Source: Takakia lepidozioides
Taxonomy: Eukaryota; Plantae; Bryophyta
Direction of reading: 5' to 3'
Length of the DNA: 64,000 bases
NCBI GenBank assembly: GCA_030704615.1
Contig: CM060731.1
Location: 36,270,001-36,334,000 of the forward strand
The notes under the pieces were generated by a model. It ran no database searches. It had not been told where the DNA came from and worked only from the letters and a program-made list of their open reading frames with translations. This document shows, piece by piece, positions 24,154-36,779 of this stretch. The translations under genes and the position numbers were made by a program. The number at the start of each line of letters is the position of its first letter. The first letter of the stretch is position 1.

Positions 24154-27100
24154 TCATGCGAGGAGGGAGATGAGTCCGATGGGATAGCATGCGGTGATAG
24201 CCACTTCTGGGGGAGCAGATAATGGAAGAAGTGCAGAGGCGGGGGGATCACATGGTTGGGGAGGAGTGGCAGAGAGGGCGGCAGACACAGGGGGGGGGGG
24301 GGCGGAGAGGAGGGTAGCACTTGGTGCGGGTTCACAGATTTGAAGGGGAGCAGCGGCGGGGAGATCACATGATGGGGCAGCAGAGACAGAGAGGGTATCA
24401 GAGAGGAGGGCCGCTCCTTGGGAGCGATCAGAGATAGGAAGGGGAGAAGATGCGGGGGCAGCAGAGACAGCGAGGGCAACGGAATATTCCCTTGGGGAGT
24501 CTAAAAGAAGACTGTGAGGCAGAATAGTATGAGAGGGGATGGGATTGACATCAACTTCCGCAATGGGTGTGTAGAAACCTGCCGTCGGAGATTCCACTTG
24601 AAAAGTCTCTGTATGAGGCGCTTGAAGGTCTTCAACCTGTGAGGGTGTTGGCGACGCAATCTGCGATGCATGGTGGGACAACTGTGATGAATTGAAGGCG
24701 TCCACGTCAATGTGGGAAAGGTGAGGGGCATATGGTGACACTCGTCGGTTGTATAATTCATGTCTTCTCGCCAACAACACCTTGTTTGCTCGTAAGACCT
24801 CCTCCATGGCATTTTGAACTCCAACATCAGATGCCTCAGCCTCACCTATCAGAGAGACAAACGCTTGTATTTAGCTTTGACCCCGTGATCCCCTGATCCC
24901 CCGATCCCCGACTGTAAAGTCTGCTCCCCCATTTATCTATTCCAATTCTGATCTTCACAATGACAGACTGTTGGAGAGGCAAAGCATGCACTTACTCAAA
25001 AGATGCACGTAGGGTCCCAAATCAATGTGCTCCCGCCTAAACAATAGATCCTCCCAGGCCCGCACTGCACGTCGTATCCCTTTGGCATCGTTGCCCTTGC
25101 ACCACAAAACTTGGAAGTGGGCGGTTTCTGTTGCCGCAAATTCATGAAACGCTCGGGCACGCACCATGTGAAGAAATGCTCGGCAGGAGTCGACGATCTG
25201 CATTTTGTCATGCATTGTACCATATCTAAGCTGACCCTCTGCCAGGAGCACTTCTTTCAACATAGTCTCCTGATTCTGAAAATTCCCAAACGTCCGCCAA
25301 CCTCCATGCAAGAAGAGTCCAAATCCATGGTAGAGCAGTTTGTGAGCAGTCTGCGGTGCGAAAAGCATCATGATATGACTGGGGCAGATGTCGTGTCTTA
25401 AATCGGCCAAAGGATATAAGTGTGAAACAGGGGGTCGAGGGTCCATGGTAGAAAAAACTTTGGAGGGGAACAGGGACCGAAGGCAGTCGGGCTGGACATT
25501 GACGTTTCAACCAGGCAGCTCTTAGGAGAGGGAATTCAGGAAGCAGACGTCGAACGTCCTGCTCCTCCAGCAATAGTTCAACAATATCAAACTGGAGATC
25601 TACAGATGAGGGGGGAGCAGAAGAGGAGGGAGTAGCAGAGGGGGAGCAGCAGAGGGGGGAACGGTGCAAGGGGGACATGACGTGGGGGGATCTGATATGG
25701 GGCGAGCAGACCTGTTTGCAGCAGAGGCGGGGGGGGGGGGGGGGGGGGACAGGGGTAGACGATGAAAGGGGAGTAGAGACGGGCATGATGGGGGGAACAA
25801 CATTCACCGGACAGGAGGGTGTTAAGATAGGAGTACTCATCTTTCCCACAAGGTAGCTCTCAAAATCTTCCAACTCCAGCCCAATGGATAGAGCACAGGG
25901 AATGCCGTCTTTGCAGGTGCTCCATGCCCGCACTGATTTTCGCACAGCCTCAATTTCTCCCGCGGAAGCATTGATCTGCAGGCAAAAATGCAACACAGAA
26001 TGAGCATTTACAAACCGGGGACAATCCTGGGAAACTATTGGGGGGAGCAGATGGCCGGACACTCAAAATGAGATTGGGGGGGTGAAGCAAACGTGTTCTT
26101 GTAGAAGCCATCTTCTCCAGTGGCGTTCAGCCCTCTCCACTCCCTTTGCAAAACCTCCACTCCATGCAAAACCCACAAATGCATCCCAGAATCTTTCATC
26201 ATTCTGGTCAGTAAAATTGGAAGGGAGAAGTCCATGTTGCAGGAGTATAAATGTTCTAGTAGGGGTGATCGGGTGTGGTGTGTCGTGGTCGATGTCCATG
26301 GCCCCATCCCCTGCAAGAGGCCCCGAGCTCCCAGGCTGCTCCCTCTCGTCCTGATGAGTAGTCTGCTCCCCCTCGTCGTCCTGTGTAGTCCGCTCCCCCA
26401 TATCTGCGTGCCTTCGCTGTTTTCCGGATTGGCCCCCTTGACTTTGAGACGGATCCCCCCCATGTTCGATCCCCCCCATTTCTGCTGCTGGCTGCTCACG
26501 GCTGTAGGGATACTTTTTCTTTGGCTTTCTACTCGAAGTGACAGCGAGTTCAGGCCGCACTTTGGCTTGTCTCTCACGGGCGGAGGGTAAAGTAGTAACA
26601 ATCTTAACCTTTTTTGCCTCCTTCTTTGGTTTGGTGCACTCAGAATCGGTGTCGGACCCACTACGGCTACTCCTCTTGTGAGGGGCAACCACTTGTGACG
26701 GTGCAGGCGCATCAGGCTTCCGTTTTCTTGCTCCTTTGGGCTGCTGCTGCCAATCAGTAGGGGACACGTCGTCTCCTGGTACGTGCCACACTTCGGGGTT
26801 TGTACACCCTCTCAACCTCTCCACAAAATTACTAACCTGCTTCAGGAACTCGGCAGTGGGCCAGGGTTTTAGTGGCAACTGAACCTCGTCCCAACCATCC
26901 ACCATGTTCAACCAAGGACAACCCTCCCCATCAATGACATGCCTATTCAACCTAACCTTATCCTTCATGGGCCGCCCACAAAACTTGCACTTATAGGGAT
27001 TCCTTTGTTTCGCGCCATCACGAACTCTGAGGTCGCCTCTGCCTCCACTATCATCTCCTCCCACTCAGTTGGCGTATACCAGAAAGGAACCTCGTCCTCT

Positions 27101-27171
27101 TTCTTAGGCTTGTGCCAAAAAACCAGCATACCATCCTCAGGGGGAACAACCTTAGGCCTAGTCTTTGCCAT
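24154..27171 (-). pseudogene. Second (cargo) gene of the MULE, unknown function, with a C2H2-like finger
   Basis: Chain of overlapping minus-strand ORFs from ATG ~27171 (MAKTRPKVVPP), including YKCKFCGRPMKDKVRLNRHVIDGEGC. Converges on the transposase. Frameshifted. Confidence 0.5.
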
Positions 27172-28428
27172 CGGCAACAAGCACACGACGCCGAAATACA
27201 GAAAATAAAAAGCAAGGAACAGAAGCCAGAGAAAACAAGGAAGAGCACACGGATTGCAACGAACAAAAGGAAAACATACAGCATAGACAACAAAGAGGAT
27301 ATGAGTAGAGCAGCTGAAAAACCACAACGAAGAGCCGCCACCGAAGAGTCGCTTCGCGAGGAAGACATTCCGCACGTGCAGTGTAGCTAGGGGAGCGGGC
27401 ATGTGGGGGAGCAGGGGATCAGTCGATGGACACGTGTCAACAACACCAAAAGTGGGGATCAGTGATGTCGACACGTGGGGAGATCTGGGCGGTCATAAGG
27501 GGGAGCAGGCATGGGGAGATGTGAAGGGGGAGCGAACCCCTAGCCCCTCCCAGAACATGGGGATCAAAGTAGGGGGACCAGACACGTGGGGGGATGTTAG
27601 TAGAGGGGAGCTGACATGTGCGGAGAGTACTGGATATGACTTGCATGGCGATTTTGTGGTCAGGGAGGTGACATATGGGCAGCGAAGACAGGGGGAGCGG
27701 CGGGGGGGGGGACCAGACAGTGGGGGAGCAAAAACTCAGGAGGGATTGGATGTTTGGGGGTTTGCAAGTGACGGATTCAGGGAGGGAGACAACTCATGAG
27801 AGGAAGGGGACCCTAAACTGCAGGGGCAGGGAACATGAGAAGAGACCGTTGTGTAGGACGAGTAAAACACCATGCTAGGTCGAAAAAGAAATCCCTATAA
27901 GTGCATGCATTATGAGCTGGCCGGTATACAACCATCTTGGACTCTCCAACCTCCATCAATCCTATTCAGCTGCTCCATACCCAACCATGTTCGATTCTGC
28001 AACACACAGATATTCACATTTGAATCTAGCAAGGTAAGTAGTATGAAAAAACAAACATGAAGTTGAGGCTGCAACAAACAACAAACAAGAAAGAGGCAAA
28101 CAAGAAAAAACAACAAAAGAAGAAGAAGAAGAAGAAGAAGAGAAAAAGAAAACCCCCTGTACGCATTGTATGCAAGACGTGAGTCGCAAGAGAATCACAA
28201 ACGCCATAGAGCGCACACGATTGAGGCCCTGGCAGGTCATCCCAAGCCCATCAAAGCAGGAGCACGAACAAGCACGATAGCTGGAAACCCTCGCTCAATC
28301 CAGATGGAGAACCCTACCTCCACGACGAAGTGAATAGTACATGCAGGTCCACGTGGTGCGATACCCACCGTTGGAAATGGAAGGGATTGGGGGATCGGTC
28401 GAAGGGGGATCAAAGCAGGCAAGACCAG

Positions 28429-29643
28429 GGAGGGGGACCAGTGACCAAATTGGACGGGGATCAAACGAGGGGGGGGGACGACCGGCGATGGCCCGGGGGA
28501 TTGGCGGCTCCGATGGGATGAGGGGATCGACGGTGGGGGGAGCACCACGTGGTGGTGGGCGTGCCATGGGGCCTTCATCCGGCCGTCGTCCATCCACTGC
28601 GCGGGAGGATGGCGGGGGGATGAGGGCGGATGACCCAAAACATCCATTGTTTTGAGGTTGGATGGATGAGCAGGGGATCGACGGTTCGGGGGAGCAGCAC
28701 GTGGCGGGCGATTAGGGGTGGGGGATCATTGCGGGTCCGGAGTGGGGATCAAGCCAGGTCGGGGGGAGCGGCGACGTGTCGGGGGATCGCGCCATGGATG
28801 GGAAGAGGGGATCGGCGGCAGGGGGAGCGCCACGTGCCGTCCGATGGGTGGAGGGGGATTAGTCACCGCATTGGACAGGGATCAACGGAGGGGGGGGGCC
28901 GGCGACGTGTCGGGAGATCGGGCCGTCGATGGGAAGAGGGGATCGACGGCGGGGGGAGCGGCAGGATGGCGGGGCGGATGACACACAACATCCACTGTTT
29001 GTGAGGTCCGATGGATGCGCAGGGGATCGAAGGTCCGGGGGAGCCGCACGTGGCGGGCGATTGGGGTTGGGGGATCACTCCCGGTCGGGAGGGGGGATCA
29101 AGGCGCGTTGGGGGGAGTGGCGACGTCTCGGGGGAGCGCGCCGTGGATGGGAGGAGGGGATCGACGGCGGCAGGACGCCACGTGGCGATGGGCGCGTCAT
29201 GGGACCTTCAACCGGCCGTCATCCATTCAATTGAGGTTGGATGGATGGGGGGGGATCGACGGTTCGGGGTAGCGCCACGTGGCTGGAGATGGGGTTGGGG
29301 GATCACTCCGGCACTGGAAGGGGGATCAACCCAGTGAGGGGATCCATGGCGGGGGCTGCCGCGTGGCTGGAGATCGGGGGTGGGAGATGGGCGCCGCGCG
29401 GCCAGCGGTGGGCGGGGGTCAGGGGTCCCGGGCGGGCGGGCGGGCACGGGGGGTTCAGGGGGGCGCGGGGAGCAGCGGGCGGGCAGGGGCGGGGTAACGG
29501 GCGGAGGGGTGGGGATGATTTGACATGGGGCGTCCAGCTCGCTGACGAGGCTGCGGGAGCGGGGGTTCCGGCTGTACCTCGCGGGCCGTACCCGTCAGCT
29601 CACAGGCTTGCAATAAAATCAAGCCACATCCATATTGGGACTG
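28429..29643 (-). repeat. Right TIR (~1.2 kb)
   Basis: Reverse complement of 13200-14354. Confidence 0.9.
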
Positions 29644-30099
29644 GTAAATTAGAAGAGACTGCAATCTCGGGATCACAGTAGAGTGCTTTGCATATTTTAG
29701 ATCGATTTGAATTAGAGTCTTCACATTTTGTTCAATACTCAACTGGAGTGAGAGGAGTCCGTATGCCCTGTCTCTTTGCCCTGTCTCTTACTTCGGTTTG
29801 CGACCTCCGTGAGCTGCTCTGCTCCGGTACCATTTCCCCACCTTGGATGTGGTCTATCCTCAAGTTCTGGGGCTGGTAATTGTGGGCTTCTTTAGAGGGC
29901 TCTCTTTTCTCCAGTGGCAAGGCAAGATGTGCATCCACTAGATGAAGAGGAGGTAACAATGATTAGTCTCTCCTCCCCCTGCAGACATGGACGTTACAGG
30001 AGACTACAGACATGTACAGCTGATTGTAATTGGAGATTTGCAGTTGAGCAACCAATCTTCATTGTTAATGTACCAATGTATTTGGCACAGATCTACTGC

Positions 30100-31205
30100 A
30101 AAGGTAAGGGATGCATGGCAACTCATACATAGCAGAAGAATCCGGACACAAAGGGGGCCATAACATGCTGTGTGTGCTTGAGCTCTCTTTGCTCCCCCAA
30201 TAGCTGCATCCCTGACCTCTGTCCATTTGGTGTGTGGTCTGTGGGGTGGCAGCCCAAAGAACCCTGCAAAGGCACAGTTCTTCTTGACTCACACTCACCC
30301 CTTTGGAGGTGTGTCTGTTGCCAGAGTTTCGTTCACATTCAATGCAATACCATGCTGTTTGAAAGCATCTGATGAGATCTGTGACTTAGGACCTTATAAG
30401 AGGCTTCTCTTGTCACCCCCTACATGTTAGAGAGCTTGGTGGGAAGAGCTCGCCTGCTGGGATTTTCAGCTCCATCATGCACAGGGAGCCAATGATATCA
30501 CAGTGAGGGGTCAGATTCAAAAACGGTGCAAGAAGAGACGATAACGAGGCAGAGTATGCAGTAGGCAACAACAACGAAGGACACCTGAACGGCAATGGCA
30601 GCACTTCTGATCTTCAGCACCTGACAGGTGGCCTGATTAGGAGGAGTGTCAAATCAAGGTATGTAGTAGTTGATCTACCTGAAGATGCGAGGCCGCTCTT
30701 GGTGTTTATCAACCGGAAAAGTGGTGGGGTGGAGCATTGAAATGGCATTCCAATATGCTACTGAATCCGCTCCAGGTGGGTATGCTTACATATCCCTTAA
30801 CTGACTCTATACTTGCATGTAAGAAGCTGATCCAAAGTGCAGACAATAGGCGAGTATTCGGGCTGTCCCTCTTCACCGGGGTGGGCACTTAAAAATATTG
30901 TTCTGTGAGGGTGATGGGTCGGTAGGGTGATGATGGGTCGGTTTGGACGAAATTGACGAATGCAACTATGAGTCCCCCACCATCAGTTGCCATTTTACCA
31001 GTGGAACCAGCAACAATTTGTTCTTGGTTCAGGAGGCGGCTATGGAGCCAGAGAGGTCTCCGCATGATCCTTTACCACATTGACCATTCAGCAGTCACTA
31101 TGTGTGATCAGGGGCATGTCACCATCGGGTTGGCTGTCATGCTCATGGAGGCACTGTCAGAACCGAAAGTCCTAAGCAAGTTCATGAACAACTACTTGGG
31201 TATGT
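30100..31205 (+). pseudogene. Diacylglycerol kinase (DGK1/2-type) pseudogene fragment
   Basis: C1-domain remnants TCCVCLSSL..CVVCGVAA, WRCVCCQSFVHIQC, CDLGPYKRLLLSP; catalytic LPEDARPLLVFINRKSG..NMLLNPLQV; PPSVAILPV; IDHSAVTM; KFMNNYLG. Stops and frameshifts. Confidence 0.82.
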
Positions 31206-31252
31206 CTCATTTTTGACATTAGTACAGGTTGGGACACACAAATGAAGATACG

Positions 31253-33961
31253 TCACCAGTAATCCCCACAAGAACACTGCCCATTCTGGAAGTGATGAAA
31301 GCGGCTGGCATCCCTAGTAACAATCTCTCGTTCAACAATCTTTGAGACAAATTTTATGGCAGTGTGGCAATCGCCACATATCCGAAGGTTCTTGATGATG
31401 CGAATAGGTGTCCCAGGGGGTGTACTGATCAGCCCGAAAGCAATGGCCAGCTTTTCGCTGTGGTGGCAGAGAACCTGTTCCTTCGATTGCTGATCCACAT
31501 CATGCAAGACAAAGCGGGTGTCCGGCACATATCCTGCCTGCTTCATCTTGTTAGTCAATCTGTCCAACTCAGCATGGATCTCTTCCCTTTGTGGGTGTGA
31601 TCTGTCTTCCACACCAAACATGTGTATCTTGTTATCGACCTCGATCCAGCTGCACCCTGACCTTTTCTTCACCCCTACTTCATCCATCAGATTTCTCAAG
31701 TTTGCTACTTCATGCCACCTGCCAGCAGCAGCATAGATGTTTGAAAGCAGCACATACACACCAGTATTTTGTGGTTCCAACTTTAAGGTGTGCTCTGCTG
31801 CCCGTTTTGCTAGCTCAACGTTACCATGGATTCTGCAGGCACCAAGCAAGGCCCCCCATACTGGGGCATCTGGTTCAAATGGCATTGTGTTGATCAATTC
31901 CTCTGCCTCATCCAAGTACCCTGCACGGCCAAGCAGGTCGACTATACAGGCATAGTGTTCCCGTGTTGGTTGAATGCCATAGGCTCGACTCATAGAATGG
32001 AAAAAGAGACGGCCTTCATCAACTAGGCCCACATGGCGGCAGGCGGAGAGAACACCAACAAGCGTGACCTCATTTGGCTTTATTCCCGCTCGTTGCATTT
32101 GCTCAAAGAGTTGGAGGGCCTTCAGGCCACAACCATGCTGGGCATATCCTGTGATCATGGCGTTCCAAGAGATTACATTTCTTTTGATAATATTGTCGAA
32201 CACTTGCCGCGCATCCCGAACACTCCCGCACTTAGCATACATGTCGACCAGGGCAGTCCCAACACAAACATCTGACTCCAGTCCCGATTCTATGACTTGG
32301 ATATGGACCCATCTGCCCTCTTCCAGGGCTGCAAGCTTGGCGCATGCGCTGAGGATACTCATGAATGTAAGCTGGTTGGGCTTCAGACCTTCTCGTTGCA
32401 TTTGCCGAAAGTATTCAACTGCATTTGTACCCTGCCCTTGCTGAGCTAATCCTGCAATTATCGCATTCCATGAGATTACATCTCGCTCAGGCATTTGATC
32501 AAATACTTCGCGTGCATCCACCACACTCCCACACTTGCAATACATGCTGATAAGGGCATTTCCCACTCCGATGTTAGAGTTGTATCCAGATTTGATGATG
32601 CCCTCATGGACCCACTTGCCCTGTTCCAGAGCTGCTGGGTCAGCACATGCATTAAGGACGCTAATGAATGCGATCTTATCTGCCTTCATTCCTACTCGGT
32701 GCATCTGTTGAAAGAGATCAAAGGCCTGTTTCCCATGCCCTTGCTGAGCAGATCCTGAGATCATCGCAGTCCAAGAGATCACATCTCGCTCAGGCAGTTT
32801 GTCAAACACTTGCCGGGCATCCACAACACTCCCGCACTTGCAGTACATGCTGATAAGGGCATTCCCCACTTTGACATTTGACTCGAAGCCAGAATTGACA
32901 ATGCCCGCATGGAGCCGCTTGCCTTGTTCCAAAGCTCTTGGGCTCGCACATGCATTGAGGATGCTAATGTAGGTGATTTCGTTTGGCTTTGATCCTTCTC
33001 GCTGCATTTGGTGAAAGAGTTCCAACGCCTCTTCACCATTCCCTCGCTGAGCTAATCCTGTAACCATTGCATTCCATGAGATCACATCTCGCTTGCGCAG
33101 TCTACCGAACACTTGCAGCGCATCCCCAATACTCCCGCACTTGCAATACATACTGACAAGGGCGGTTCCTACTCGGAAATCTGACTCGAATCCAGCTTTG
33201 ATAATGCCCGCATGGAGCTGCTTACCCTGGTCCAAAGCCGCTGGGCCGACACAAGCCTTGAGAATGCTAATGAAAGTGACATTGTCAGGCTTTGCACCTT
33301 CTCTTTGCATTTGACGGAAAAGCTCAAAGGCCTCTGCAACATGCCCTTCCTGAACATGTCCTGCAATCATCGCGGTCCAAGAGATCACAGTCCGTTTGGG
33401 CATTTTCATGAACACCTTGCGCGCTTCCACAATACTCCTGCATTTACAATACATGCTGACAAGGGCAGTTTGTAAGAGATCATCTAGCTCGAATCCACTT
33501 CTAATTATGTGGGCGTGGACAGCCTTGCCAACTGCCAGTTCCTTCATCCTACCACACCCCTGCAATAGGCCAGCACATGTCTGGGCATAAGCCCGAAAGC
33601 CTCCTTGCTCCATGAAATCCAGACTATGCAGTGCATGTTTCAATCTTCCCTCCTTGACCAATTGGCTTACATACACGCTAGTTCCACAAGTTTCGTTGTT
33701 CCATTGCTCCCCGTCTCGTCTCCGGCTCTGTCCTGCATTAGAAGCGGTGGCGATGGCGGCCAACCCAAGATTCATACCCTTGCCCGGACTCTGATATCCA
33801 ACGCAGAACGGGGTCTGCTTCCACACATCACATTCCACCTCCCCGCATGAAAAAGAAGAATGTCTTGAGTACAGGTCATTGGGCACCGAGCGAAGCTGGT
33901 TGAAGGGAAGAGTGTTGTCCATCATACACATCAGAAAGGAAGATAGAATGCAAACAGACAA
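31253..33961 (-). CDS. PLS-class PPR-DYW RNA-editing factor (paralog of 9255-12530)
   Basis: 902-aa ORF with PLS repeats, SGCSWIEV, HSEKLA..CGDCH, CSCGDYW. Start codon approximate. Confidence 0.96.
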   Translation of the reverse strand: MSVCILSSFLMCMMDNTLPFNQLRSVPNDLYSRHSSFSCGEVECDVWKQTPFCVGYQSPGKGMNLGLAAIATASNAGQSRRRDGEQWNNETCGTSVYVSQLVKEGRLKHALHSLDFMEQGGFRAYAQTCAGLLQGCGRMKELAVGKAVHAHIIRSGFELDDLLQTALVSMYCKCRSIVEARKVFMKMPKRTVISWTAMIAGHVQEGHVAEAFELFRQMQREGAKPDNVTFISILKACVGPAALDQGKQLHAGIIKAGFESDFRVGTALVSMYCKCGSIGDALQVFGRLRKRDVISWNAMVTGLAQRGNGEEALELFHQMQREGSKPNEITYISILNACASPRALEQGKRLHAGIVNSGFESNVKVGNALISMYCKCGSVVDARQVFDKLPERDVISWTAMISGSAQQGHGKQAFDLFQQMHRVGMKADKIAFISVLNACADPAALEQGKWVHEGIIKSGYNSNIGVGNALISMYCKCGSVVDAREVFDQMPERDVISWNAIIAGLAQQGQGTNAVEYFRQMQREGLKPNQLTFMSILSACAKLAALEEGRWVHIQVIESGLESDVCVGTALVDMYAKCGSVRDARQVFDNIIKRNVISWNAMITGYAQHGCGLKALQLFEQMQRAGIKPNEVTLVGVLSACRHVGLVDEGRLFFHSMSRAYGIQPTREHYACIVDLLGRAGYLDEAEELINTMPFEPDAPVWGALLGACRIHGNVELAKRAAEHTLKLEPQNTGVYVLLSNIYAAAGRWHEVANLRNLMDEVGVKKRSGCSWIEVDNKIHMFGVEDRSHPQREEIHAELDRLTNKMKQAGYVPDTRFVLHDVDQQSKEQVLCHHSEKLAIAFGLISTPPGTPIRIIKNLRICGDCHTAIKFVSKIVEREIVTRDASRFHHFQNGQCSCGDYW

Positions 33962-34442
33962 TGAGCCTCGGTGCTTTGAGCTGCATCCTTGAAATCACAT
34001 GCCTCCGAGGTCTGTTTGCGATTTTGAAAAGAGTAATTGGGTAGAGGCCCTCTGTCTGTTCCCGTGAACTGTCGGAGTGGATACCGTGTCATATTCACGC
34101 TTACACGACTTCCATGTCTGTCGATTGCTGTTGTGATGTCAAGCTTTGGGCTCATCTATTGCACATTCTGGTCATCACATTCTCTCTCTATATGGATATT
34201 TCCTCGTAAAGAACTGGAGGGTGCACCAGCACATCAAACGCCTTGGCATGGGTCGGGGAAACCTTGCCGGCTGGTTGGAGAAGAGTAGTGCATACACGAT
34301 TGCAACCTCGGCGGAAAGCGTGCCTGTCCTATCCACATCTTCTGGAGGGATCCCGGGGTCCCCAAGGCGAGCCCGCTCGCAAGCCTGGCCGCGAGCTGGA
34401 AGCCTTTTCGCGAACATGTAGCAAATTTCCAAAAAGCCCACA

Positions 34443-36210
34443 GAGGAGCTTTGGAATGAACTTTTTCAAACCCCCGGCAGTGGTGGGACAATCCATATGG
34501 TAACGCGAATGCCTCTTATGGTACAGCAAAGAGAAGACAAGCAGCATTGAAAAAGGCGCTCGCAAAGTAATGGGTGTCACATCTGTTGGAGGCTAGAGGA
34601 GCAATGCTGGATCAACTTCCTCCTTTCCACTTCAGGACTAGGCAATATGCAGCGCATTTATGGGCGTTCAATCCCCTGTGATGGACAACCTACGTCATCG
34701 GATCTCCTGCAAAGCTAGAGGGCTAGAGGTGCAGTGGCGAAATTATGCTTGTTTGTGGGGTTTATGCAGGTAAGCCCTTGAGGTAACGTTGGTCCATGAT
34801 GCCAACCTCTCCAGTTTTTGCAATTCAGTGTGAAGTGCAACTGGCAGTGCGACCGCCGCCCCAGGTGCCATATCCTTTGGAGGCAAGGATATCTAAAGGA
34901 AACAAGGACGGAGTGCTGGTGCAGAGTCACCCTAGAGGTGCGGATTTCAAGGACAAGAGTACCAACGAGGCACTGTGGATCGATAGCTACAAAAAACCTG
35001 TGGAGGTACATCTTCAATCAGAGAATCGGGAAGCAGCTAGGGGTTGGTATCTTGCAATGCCTCTGTAGGATAGATCAGGTTAAAACTGTGAATTTGCTGC
35101 TCATTGTATTCTCTACATATCCCACCAATTGAGTCACATGACAGCACTTCAGCAAGGAGGGTATTTCTGTTAGGACTTAACGAAAATTACTGGATGCTAC
35201 TGTGTTGTTATGGCTCCAGGTCCAGGATCCCAACAGATTATTTGTCAAATTATCTGTTGGCGTCTAATTGCTGGGCAGCTCACACACAGCAGATTGATGG
35301 TTATTTCTAGAAGAAATCTGGAAAGCCTGAACCAATTGTTTGTACCAAGGTAAGTCCCACAACTGGAGTGAGCCCCACACAAAGGTATTGTCTGTTCCCT
35401 CTTGTTCTGTCCAAACTCGGCGTGGGGTCTATGGCCACAAGGCTACGACAAACAACATCTCCTGAGTACATTCTCTGGCACCCTTTCTCCTATGCAGGAT
35501 CAACCTCATGCTTTGTATCATGAGGGCAATGCCAGTGCATTAGTCTAGACTGAATCTGCTGTGGCCTAACTCACTTGGACATGTAAGACACCCCTTGCAA
35601 GCTAGAGGACTATAGAAGCAGTGCTGGAATGCACCTTATGCCTTTAAGTATGAGTGCAATGCCAGCGCATTAATCAATCCTCAATTCCCTGTGTGGGGAT
35701 TGTTGGTGGCCTTGTGCAAGCATTCCAATTGAACCTTGTCCTCTTAACATGCTGTACATACAAACCCTTTGAACATTCAATCCCCTGTAATCGAATTGTT
35801 CTGTTGACTGCGTGTGAGCGTATGTCAATTTTGGCCTACTTAAATCCATACCCTGGGTGGATTGCGACCCCTTGAGCAGCTGAAGGTGAGTATCTCTTTC
35901 TCACTTGCACACCTTGTTGTTGACACTGAGTCAATAAATAGCATCTGGCTGGTATGAGTGGAGTGTTTGCTATGCAAATTATGGGTGGTCTTTGTTAGCT
36001 ACTTGCAGAAGGATCTAGTCTTTTTTATTGTGGAGGCAGGGATAAGTGAAGTTTCGACTGTGGGGGTAGATCCATCTTACAGGACCAGATTTCAAGCACA
36101 AGAGCACCAGTGCGGCAGTGTGGATTGATAGCGATGAGAAGCCTGCTTGGGTGGATGAAAAATTGGAGAAGCTGGAAGCAGCTACGCAAATGTCTGTGGC
36201 GAGCCCTGGT
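34443..36210 (+). pseudogene. Degenerate OSB-type PDF-motif exons upstream of the 36780 PPR gene
   Basis: 34443: EELWNELF/SNPRQWWDN (1-nt frameshift). AG|34925: SHPRGADFKDKSTNEALWIDSYKKP. AG|36070: IHLTGPDFKHKSTSAAVWIDSDEKPAWVDEKL. Confidence 0.7.
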
Positions 36211-36779
36211 GGAGGGGGATACTTCCAGTATGACTGTCCCTCCTCTTTGATGCAGACCAGTTCTGATGTTTCTCTGTTAGTTGCATTGGATGTTCTGCTA
36301 AGTACTTCTAATTTAACTCTCATACAGTGAGCCATTCATTCCATATTGTAAGGTACAGAGTTCTTACTTTTTTGAATTAAGGTGTAGCGAGTTCTCACTT
36401 TCTCCAGAAATGGAGCATGATAGTTGTGTTGGGAGGTGCATACCAGAAAGTCTTATACAAGGGCGACTTGTACCCAGATTTTTTGGATCTAGCTTCTTTG
36501 TTGTGGAGGTGAACGCACTGTCAGAAGTGATTCTTAGTACTCCATGCAAAACGGGACAGTAATGGTACTGCAGCTGATGTGAGTTGGTATTTTACAAGGA
36601 CATAGCTCCATGTTGTGATGTGGAAGGGTAACCAAAACACACCCTGTTATTATGTAGCAAGGGAGCATGTCCTTATAAAGAGATCTTCTTTGAGGCGGAC
36701 AAAGATGTGTATATGTTTTTATATATTCTGGGAGTTTGAGTGTCCAGGTTTGTAACTTTAAGAGTTTGGATTATGCAGG

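Larger units (their letters stand above)
13200..29643. mobile_element. Mutator-like (MULE) element, 16.4 kb, long TIRs, with nested Ty3/gypsy
   Basis: 13200-~14354 is the reverse complement of ~28429-29643 (ends CGGTCCCAATATGG / CCATATTGGGACTG). Flanking 9-bp TSD GTAAGTTAG (13191-13199) / GTAAATTAG (29644-29652). Transposase-like ORF inside. Confidence 0.9.
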
